This document shows, piece after piece, positions 1 through 6,450 of a DNA stretch of 32,000 nucleotides. Position 1 is the stretch's first letter, and each line of letters opens with the position of its first letter. The stretch comes from Acidothermus cellulolyticus 11B (GTDB lineage: Bacteria > Actinomycetota > Actinomycetes > Acidothermales > Acidothermaceae). The notes below the pieces were generated by a model that was not told the DNA's origin, did not search any database, and saw only the letters and a program-made list of their open reading frames with translations. The stretch is from the NCBI RefSeq assembly GCF_000015025.1, contig NC_008578.1, forward strand, positions 1,470,001 to 1,502,000. The letters are read 5' to 3'. Both the position numbers and the translations under genes were made by a program.

Positions 1-119
1 GGGGCGAAACCCATCGCGCGGAGTCGTTGCGCGACCGCTGTTTCACTGTCGGCAGCCAGCGTGCCGGTGAGCAGTTTTCCGCTGCGGTCCCGAACGGAGT
101 ACTGGTAGGTCGCGGTCAT
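1..119 (-). CDS. pilC: Type IV pilus platform protein PilC/GspF family, first 39 codons only (gene continues beyond the left edge)
   Basis: Reverse complement of 1-119 starts at ATG (119-117) and reads MTATYQYSVRDRSGKLLTGTLAADSETAVAQRLRAMGFAP. This is the typical Y-x-Y-x-x-R-D-x-x-G-K...G N-terminus of PilC/GspF. It starts 13 nt after the pilT stop. It is absent from the ORF track because it is truncated. Confidence 0.6.
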   Translation of the reverse strand, partial: MTATYQYSVRDRSGKLLTGTLAADSETAVAQRLRAMGFA

Positions 120-132
120 CGTGTCGTCCTAC

Positions 133-1800
133 TCATGCTCGGCCGACGAGTCGGTTGAAGTCTTCGACGTGGTGGCACTTCTCCAACCCCGTCTCGTAGG
201 TAATCTTGCCGGATTTCACCAGCTCAGCGAGGCTCTGGTCCATCGTGTGCATGCCGTATTTCGCTCCGGCCTGCAGTGCGGAGTAAATCTGATGCGTCTT
301 CCCTTCCCGGATGAGGTTCCGGATCGCAGGCGTTGCGACCAGCACTTCCGTCGCCACCACGCGCGCCCGGCCGTCCGCCGTTTTGCAGAGCGTCTGAGCG
401 ACGATGCCCTGGAGCGATCCGGCTAGCTGCACCCGGATTTGCTGCTGCTGATGGGGTGGGAAGACGTCGATGATGCGGTCGATGGTCTGTGCGGCGTCCT
501 GGGTGTGCAAGGTCGCGAGCACCAGGTGTCCGGTTTCCGCCGCTGTCAAGGCAACCGAGATGGTCTCGAGGTCCCGCATCTCACCGACCAGGATGATGTC
601 TGGGTCTTGCCGCAGCACGTGTTTGAGGGCATTGGCGAAGGAATGCGTGTCATCGCCGACTTCCCGCTGGTTGACCAGACACGACTTGTGGGTGTGCAGG
701 AACTCGATGGGATCCTCGACCGTCATGATGTGGTCGCGGCGCTGCCGGTTCGCGATGTCGATGATGCCGGCGAGCGTCGTCGACTTTCCGGACCCGGTCG
801 GCCCGGTGACGAGGACAAAACCGCGCGGCAGCATCGCGAAATTTGCGACGGCGGGCGGAATTCCCAAGTCCTCCAACTTTTTTATTTCGAAGGGAATGAG
901 GCGGAACGCGGCGCCAAGTGCCTCACGCTGCCGGTACAGGTTGACCCGGAACCGCGCACGGCCGGGCACAGCGTACGCGAAGTCAAGTTCCAGCTCCTCT
1001 TCGAAGCGCTCCCGCTGTTTCTGGGTGAGAATCTCGTACATCATCTGGTGGATGACCGGCGGCGTCAGCACCGGCAAATCCTCCATCGGCACCAGACTGC
1101 CGTTGATGCGGAGCGTTGGCCGGGCCCCTGCGGTCAGGTGCAGGTCGGAGGCGTTGTGCTCGAGCACCCGGATCAGCATGTCGGTGAGGCTGACGCCCTC
1201 GAGCAGGCGCGGTTGGTCCATTCCGGTGCCCACCGTCGGGAAAGCCTCGCCCTGCGACGGCTGAATGCCGATCCCACTCGACGTCCCGACCACTCCCCCG
1301 TCAGCGGGCGGAGCGAGGGGTTGCAGCGCCGGTGCCGGAGACGAAGGGCTCGCAACTCCACGCGGCGGAGGAGTCGGCGCGGTCGGCGCCGGTGTAGGCG
1401 CCGGCGATGCGGCAAGCCCGGTGAACGGCGAGACGCCATTCCCGGCCACCGAGCTGCCGGACGCTGGGACACCGGATGGCGCACCCGTTCCCGGCGAGGG
1501 TGGAGGCGCGACGACCGACGGCAGCGGACCGAAGAGTGGATCGAAATCAGCGTTCGGCGCGTTCTGCGGCGATCCGCCCGCGGCGCCGGCCGGCGCAGGC
1601 ACCTGCGCCGTCCCGGACGGCGCGCGGTCGGCGTCCGGATTAGCAAAGAAACCGTACGGCTCCACGCAGCTACCCCTTTCGGCGCAGATTTGCCCGTCGG
1701 CGACGAGCAGTCTCCTGCAGGCATCGGACACCAGGCGGCTTCCCTTGAGCTCCGCCAACCGGGCGCCGCCGGCGCAGACCCGGCCCGCCGCGTTGTCCAC
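133..1800 (-). CDS. pilT: PilT-type twitching-motility (pilus retraction) ATPase with a ~190-aa N-terminal extension
   Basis: 555-aa ORF. The C-terminal ~355 aa carry Walker A GPTGSGKSTT, Walker B DPDIILVGEMRD, His box TGHLVLATLHT and the PilT/PilU signature AIRNLIREGK. The N-terminus has a 4-Cys segment followed by a P/A/S/G-rich linker. GTG at 1800 leaves 53 nt to the pilB stop. An internal ATG at 1221 would give a canonical-length PilT, so the start is uncertain. Confidence 0.88.
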   Translation of the reverse strand: MDNAAGRVCAGGARLAELKGSRLVSDACRRLLVADGQICAERGSCVEPYGFFANPDADRAPSGTAQVPAPAGAAGGSPQNAPNADFDPLFGPLPSVVAPPPSPGTGAPSGVPASGSSVAGNGVSPFTGLAASPAPTPAPTAPTPPPRGVASPSSPAPALQPLAPPADGGVVGTSSGIGIQPSQGEAFPTVGTGMDQPRLLEGVSLTDMLIRVLEHNASDLHLTAGARPTLRINGSLVPMEDLPVLTPPVIHQMMYEILTQKQRERFEEELELDFAYAVPGRARFRVNLYRQREALGAAFRLIPFEIKKLEDLGIPPAVANFAMLPRGFVLVTGPTGSGKSTTLAGIIDIANRQRRDHIMTVEDPIEFLHTHKSCLVNQREVGDDTHSFANALKHVLRQDPDIILVGEMRDLETISVALTAAETGHLVLATLHTQDAAQTIDRIIDVFPPHQQQQIRVQLAGSLQGIVAQTLCKTADGRARVVATEVLVATPAIRNLIREGKTHQIYSALQAGAKYGMHTMDQSLAELVKSGKITYETGLEKCHHVEDFNRLVGRA

Positions 1801-1853
1801 CCGCCAACCGGACCGGCAGCCGCTCCGCCAACCGGGCGCAATGCCGGTGCACC

Positions 1854-3515
1854 TCAGACGACCACGCGGAAAATCTCTTCGAGAGTCGTGACCCCGGCTG
1901 CGACTTTGCGCAGTCCGTCCTCGCGGAGGGTGACCATGCCCTGCTCACGGGCCACCCGGCCGATCGCCTCCGCGGAGGCCCGCTCCACGGCGAGTCGTTC
2001 GATCTCCTCAGTGACGGTCATGACCTCGTGCAGCGCAATCCGCCCCTTGTACCCCGTCTTCGCGCACGCCGCACAACCGACCGCCCGGTACAACGTGGGG
2101 AGCGGCTCGCCGTCCCGCCACGGGAATTTCGCCTCCCGCAGACTCTGCGGCGTCGGCATGTACGGTTCCTTGCATTTCTCGCAGAGCCGCCGGGCCAGTC
2201 GTTGCGCGAGAACACAGTCCAGGGCCGAGCCGACGAGGAACGGTTCAATCCCCATTTCGATAAGCCGGTTCACCGCGCTCGGCGCATCGTTGGTGTGCAG
2301 CGTCGACAGAACGAGGTGACCGGTCAATGCCGCCTCGATCGCGATCTGCGCCGTTTCGTGGTCCCGGATTTCGCCGATCAGCACGATGTCCGGGTCGGCG
2401 CGGAGAATCGTCCGCAGCGCCGACGCGAAGGTGAGACCCGCCTTGACGTTCGTTTGGATCTGGTTGATGCCTGGGAGCCGGTACTCCACCGGGTCTTCGA
2501 CCGTGATGACGTTCTTCTCCACCGACGAAATAATGTTGATCGTCGCATAAAGGGTTGTCGACTTCCCCGATCCGGTGGGCCCGGTGACGAGAATCATCCC
2601 GTACGGCTTAGTAAAACTCGCCGAATAGCGGGCGTAATTGTCTTCGGCGAACCCGAGGTCGCTGAGGGTCAGAAGCGCGGTCGAGGTGTCCAGAATCCGC
2701 ATGACAACTTTCTCGCCCCACACCGTCGGCAGCGAAGCGACCCGCAGGTCCACCTTCTTGCCGTTGACAGTCACCGACATGCGGCCGTCCTGCGGCACCC
2801 GGCGTTCCGCAATATTCATGTCCGCCATAATTTTCAGCCGGCTGATGACGCCGGACTGAATATTCCGCGGTGACCGCATCACCTCGTGCAGCACGCCGTC
2901 GATCCGGAACCGGACCCGCAAATCCCGCTCGGTCGGCTCGATGTGAATGTCCGACGCCCGGTCTTGCACCGCCTGGGTGATCAGCAGGTTGACGAATTTC
3001 ACGATGGGCGCGTCCTCGACCACCTCGTCGAGGCTTGCCAGGTCTTCGGTCTCCTCAGCCGCCAGCGTGCTCGTCAGGTCGTCGAGTTCCTCGTCGGCGC
3101 GGTGGTACCGGTTGATGGCGGCCAACACGTCGGCCCGGGTCGCGACGACCGGCTTGACGTCCAGGCCGGTGATCGACCGGATGTCGTCGATGGCAAAGAC
3201 GTTCGCCGGGTCGGCCATCGCGACGACGAGCTTGCCGTCTTCGTAACCGATCGGGAGCGCCGTGTACCGCCGGCAGACCGCCTCTGGCACCCGGGACACC
3301 GCCGAGCCGTCAATAGCGACGTCGGTCAGGTCGACGAACCGCAGGCCGATCTGGGTCGCCAAGGCGGCGACCAGCTGGGCTTCGGTCAGAATGCCTTGGT
3401 CGACGAGGACGCGACCGAGGCTGCGGCCGTTGCGTTGATGCTCGGCGTACGCGGCGGCGAGCTGTTCGGGGGTGACCAGGCCGCCTTCCAGAAGGATGTC
3501 GCCGAGTTGCTTCAT
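1854..3515 (-). CDS. pilB: PilB/GspE-type type IV pilus assembly (extension) ATPase
   Basis: N-terminal T2SSE_N/MshEN-like helical repeats, Walker A GPTGSGKSTT, Walker B DPDIVLIGEIRD, His box TGHLVLSTLHT, and tetra-Cys CEKC...CAAC. The ORF track begins at GTG 3521. I prefer ATG 3515 because the purine-rich GGGGGGA (complement of 3524-3530) lies 8 nt upstream of it. Confidence 0.92.
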   Translation of the reverse strand: MKQLGDILLEGGLVTPEQLAAAYAEHQRNGRSLGRVLVDQGILTEAQLVAALATQIGLRFVDLTDVAIDGSAVSRVPEAVCRRYTALPIGYEDGKLVVAMADPANVFAIDDIRSITGLDVKPVVATRADVLAAINRYHRADEELDDLTSTLAAEETEDLASLDEVVEDAPIVKFVNLLITQAVQDRASDIHIEPTERDLRVRFRIDGVLHEVMRSPRNIQSGVISRLKIMADMNIAERRVPQDGRMSVTVNGKKVDLRVASLPTVWGEKVVMRILDTSTALLTLSDLGFAEDNYARYSASFTKPYGMILVTGPTGSGKSTTLYATINIISSVEKNVITVEDPVEYRLPGINQIQTNVKAGLTFASALRTILRADPDIVLIGEIRDHETAQIAIEAALTGHLVLSTLHTNDAPSAVNRLIEMGIEPFLVGSALDCVLAQRLARRLCEKCKEPYMPTPQSLREAKFPWRDGEPLPTLYRAVGCAACAKTGYKGRIALHEVMTVTEEIERLAVERASAEAIGRVAREQGMVTLREDGLRKVAAGVTTLEEIFRVVV

Positions 3516-3622
3516 CGTCACATCCCCCCATCGGCCGGAAGGCCGTCTCCGCTACCGGAATGCGCTCCAGGCCACCGAGGTTCCACCGCTGACCCCAGCC
3601 GCACCGATCTCCTGCCGCCGGC

Positions 3623-4204
3623 TCAGGCCTGCGCCGCCGCGACGTCATCCAGCGAATCGACGACCGCATACAACAAGGCGAGAAGCACGTTCTTCACCGA
3701 CTCCCGATCGAGCGCATTACACGGCACGACCGGGGTCCGCTCATCGACGTCGAGGACATCCCGCACCCGGGCCGCCGTCTCCGGCTCCACCACGTCCGCG
3801 CGATTGAGCGCCACGACGAACGGAACGTTCGCCATCGCCCGGAAGGCGCGCAGGATTCCAACCGCTTCGTGCAAGGATTCGTCGCGTTCGGCGTCCACGA
3901 GCAGCACGTAACCGAGCATCCCCTCGCCGAGGATCTCCCACATGAAGTCGAACCGCTCTTGACCCGGCGTCCCGAAAAGGTAGAGCACAAGATCGTGATC
4001 GATCGTGATGCGCCCGAAGTCCATCGCGACGGTCGTTTCGTGCTTGCGGGCTCGGGTCTCGTCGGTGATCTCTTTCTCGGTGGAGAGAACCGTGATCTCA
4101 CTGATCGTACGGATCAGTGTCGTCTTGCCAGCCGCGAAGGGACCGGTAATTACGATCTTCACTGCCTGGGCGCTGCCGCCCCGGCGTCCGCGTTTGATCG
4201 TCAC
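3623..4204 (-). CDS. Small P-loop GTPase of the MglA/CvnD (conservon ATP/GTP-binding protein) type
   Basis: 193 aa. G1 is GPFAAGKTT, switch-I-like is ETTVAMDFG, G3 is LFGTPGQERF (Thr replaces the Ras Asp, as in MglA-like proteins), G4-like is LNRAD, and G5-like is PCNA. GTG start at 4204 is preceded by GGGAGGGG. It lies 31 nt downstream of the DUF4388 gene. Confidence 0.82.
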   Translation of the reverse strand: MTIKRGRRGGSAQAVKIVITGPFAAGKTTLIRTISEITVLSTEKEITDETRARKHETTVAMDFGRITIDHDLVLYLFGTPGQERFDFMWEILGEGMLGYVLLVDAERDESLHEAVGILRAFRAMANVPFVVALNRADVVEPETAARVRDVLDVDERTPVVPCNALDRESVKNVLLALLYAVVDSLDDVAAAQA

Positions 4205-4235
4205 GTGCCCCTCCCGACGAGTAGCGGCCAGCTCA

Positions 4236-5522
4236 TTACAGCCCCCTCACCCCGGCGATCAGCCGAAGCAGCAGGCTCTTGTTGACGCTCGGGTCGCGCT
4301 CGATACGCGGTCGCGGCTCGGACGCCGGCGAGGCGAGCGCAGCAGCCGTGCCGACAACGCGCGGCTCCGGCGGCTCCTCGGGGTAGGCAGGCCGGCGCGG
4401 CGGCAGGAACGGTTCCGGGCGGGGCGGCACGACCGGCTGCCGGGTGTCCGGGATGAGCCGCGGGCCGGCGTCCGGTTTGGCGGCGGCAAGCACCGACGCA
4501 ACCGTCGACGCGGCCGGCAGATCGGCGCTCTCGGGGTCGAACGCGAGCGCCGGATCCACGGCAGGTTCGCGCGCCGAGGCGGCTGTGCCCACGGCCGCGG
4601 CGGCCGGGCTGGCGGCGGCCGTGCCCCCGGGACTCGACGGGGTCGACGCTCGATCCGAGTCACCGCCGGTCTCCGGCTCGGCGGGTGCGGTCCGCTGCTC
4701 CGAGATCCGCGCGGACTCCGCCACGCCAGCCGAACCGCCGGCACCTCGATCCGCCGATGCGCCGCCGTCCAACCGGGACAACAGCTCGTGACGCCGGATG
4801 AGTCCGTCGACACCGCCGTCATCCTCGCCGCCGCGAACGATCAGCAACCGCCGTTCCACCAAACCCGCCAGGGTGGACACGACGGCGAAATCCCCCCGGC
4901 CGGCAAGCTGCACCAGCTCGGCAACGCTGCGCCGGCCGTCAACTAGCGCCAGCAGCGCCCACTCGGCCCGGGAGAGCCGGGGCTCCTCCCCGATGCAGAC
5001 CGGGACGGCAAGGACCGTCTGCGGCGATGGGATGATCCGGCACGCCCGTTCCCAGACATCCAACCGGCTTCGCGCCTCGGCGATCACCTCGTCCGTCGCG
5101 AGCCGGACCCCGACGTCGTCGGGCGAAACCTCGTCCAGGCCGAACGAGAACTCTCCATCCGGCCAGCGAAGAAAGTCAAAGACAGCGTCCACAGCCTGAT
5201 CCGTCACGACGCTGCGCAGCAAGGCGTCGTCGACCGCACCGGCGTCGAGCAGCGCACGGCCAACCCCGACGCCCTCACTCCTGGCACGTTCGACCGCCTG
5301 CTCGAGAACGCCGATCGGGACCTCAGCCGCCCCGATCAGCCGCCGGGCCAGCGATTGACGGCCGTTGTCGGCGAGTGCGCCCGTGATGGCGCCCTCCGCG
5401 AAGTAGACGCACCCGTGCTGGTTGCCACGGCGCAGGTGCAACCCGCCGGACTTCTTCGTGAAGCTGAGCAGCTGGAAGATGTCCGGAAGGCTGAAGGCGT
5501 CGAGCGAACCTTCGAGTTTCAC
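4236..5522 (-). CDS. DUF4388 (PATAN) domain protein with central winged-helix-like segment, long disordered P/A/S region and a short hydrophobic C-terminal peptide
   Basis: 428 aa. The N-terminus MKLEGSLDAFSLPDIFQLLSFTKKSGGLHLRRGNQHGCVYFAEGAI matches the L-x-G-x-L-x-x-F-x-L-x-D-(I/L)-x-Q-L...G-x-L...G-x-(I/V)-x-F-x-x-G signature of DUF4388. Residues ~182-229 (LSRAEWALLALVDGRRSVAELVQLAGRGDFAVVSTLAGLVERRLLIV) look like a wHTH. Stop is TAA at 4236. Confidence 0.8.
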   Translation of the reverse strand: MKLEGSLDAFSLPDIFQLLSFTKKSGGLHLRRGNQHGCVYFAEGAITGALADNGRQSLARRLIGAAEVPIGVLEQAVERARSEGVGVGRALLDAGAVDDALLRSVVTDQAVDAVFDFLRWPDGEFSFGLDEVSPDDVGVRLATDEVIAEARSRLDVWERACRIIPSPQTVLAVPVCIGEEPRLSRAEWALLALVDGRRSVAELVQLAGRGDFAVVSTLAGLVERRLLIVRGGEDDGGVDGLIRRHELLSRLDGGASADRGAGGSAGVAESARISEQRTAPAEPETGGDSDRASTPSSPGGTAAASPAAAAVGTAASAREPAVDPALAFDPESADLPAASTVASVLAAAKPDAGPRLIPDTRQPVVPPRPEPFLPPRRPAYPEEPPEPRVVGTAAALASPASEPRPRIERDPSVNKSLLLRLIAGVRGL

Positions 5523-5619
5523 GGTCGTCCTGTCCGGGATCGGGCGGGTGGGCTATCGGGGTCGCGGGCAACGAGCACGAGGCTCGGGATGGCATGCGGT
5601 CAATGCGATCACGACGCGG

Positions 5620-6312
5620 TCAGCCCCATCCCGGACGATCAGGAAGGACGCTGCCCGACGGGGTGTACGACGACCACGGTGCGGGTTCTGGTTCGGCCGG
5701 CTGTTCGGTGGGGGCGGCAGCCGCCGAGGGTTCACCGGTGGCGGCGGCGTACGCCGTCTGGTACGGCTCCCCGGAAACCGTCGGAAAGCCTCCCGGCGGG
5801 CCGGCGGACGGTGTCGGCGGCGGGGAGCCGGCGGGCACCGTGACGCCGTACTCGCGCATCGTGTAATCCGCAAGGGTTTCGCGGATCGTCTCAACCGGCG
5901 GTGCCGGCGGCGGAGCGGGCGTCCGTAGCACGTCGGCGACCTGGCTGGCGGCGAGCCGGATCTCGTACAGCATCATGCCGACCTTCGCCCCCGCCGACGT
6001 GACAGCGACCAGCACCCCCTCGTCCTGCGCCGCCACCAGAAACACGGTGCCGTTCTCCCCCTCGATGTACACCTGGGAGAGGGCGCCTCGGCCCAAGCCC
6101 TGAGTCGCGCGTTCCGCGAGCGACAACAACGCGGCGCTCATGGCCGCGACCCGGTCCTCGTCCATGTCCGCAGGGAGTGCCGATGCCATCGGCAGCCCAT
6201 CGAACGAGACGACCGCTGCGGCCTCGATCCCCGGCGTCTGGCGGAGGAGGTCGTTGAGGATGCGGTCGAGACGGCTGGCCCGGCTGGTGGGATCAACGGG
6301 GACGGCGGACAT
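5620..6312 (-). CDS. Roadblock/LC7 (MglB/CvnB-like) domain protein with ~100-aa Pro-rich C-terminal tail
   Basis: The track ORF 5620-7140 is over-extended. The internal ATG at 6312 is preceded by GGAAAGAGGG. MSAVPVDPTSRASRLDRILNDLLRQTPGIEAAAVVSFDGLPMASAL...GTVFLVAAQDEGVLVAVTSAGAKVGMMLYEI is a typical Roadblock/LC7 fold sequence. The upstream part of the ORF is Arg/Asp/Gly-rich junk lying antisense to the membrane-protein gene. Confidence 0.8.
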   Translation of the reverse strand: MSAVPVDPTSRASRLDRILNDLLRQTPGIEAAAVVSFDGLPMASALPADMDEDRVAAMSAALLSLAERATQGLGRGALSQVYIEGENGTVFLVAAQDEGVLVAVTSAGAKVGMMLYEIRLAASQVADVLRTPAPPPAPPVETIRETLADYTMREYGVTVPAGSPPPTPSAGPPGGFPTVSGEPYQTAYAAATGEPSAAAAPTEQPAEPEPAPWSSYTPSGSVLPDRPGWG

Positions 6313-6450
6313 CGGACAAACCCTCTTTCCGGGACGGGTGCGACGCGTGATGCGGCCTTCCGCTATCCCTTCGGCGGTCCTGCCGGAGGGCTTGAATACA
6401 CCGGCGGCGCCGACGTCCCCGAAATTTCCACCATTGGATCTCGCGTCAAC

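Noticed and set aside
439-2319. 626-aa plus-strand ORF antisense to pilT/pilB, plus other overlapping ORFs at 470-1264, 1173-1841 and 1265-1891
   Set aside because: The translation is Arg/Gly/Pro-rich with no recognisable motifs. It lies fully antisense to or out of frame with two ATPase genes that have unmistakable motifs. This is a typical stop-poor alternative frame in high-GC DNA.
3532-3545. Small hairpin cggcc-ggaa-ggccg just upstream of the pilB SD
   Set aside because: It has only a 5-bp stem in very GC-rich DNA, which is expected by chance. There is no U-tract and no supporting conservation information.
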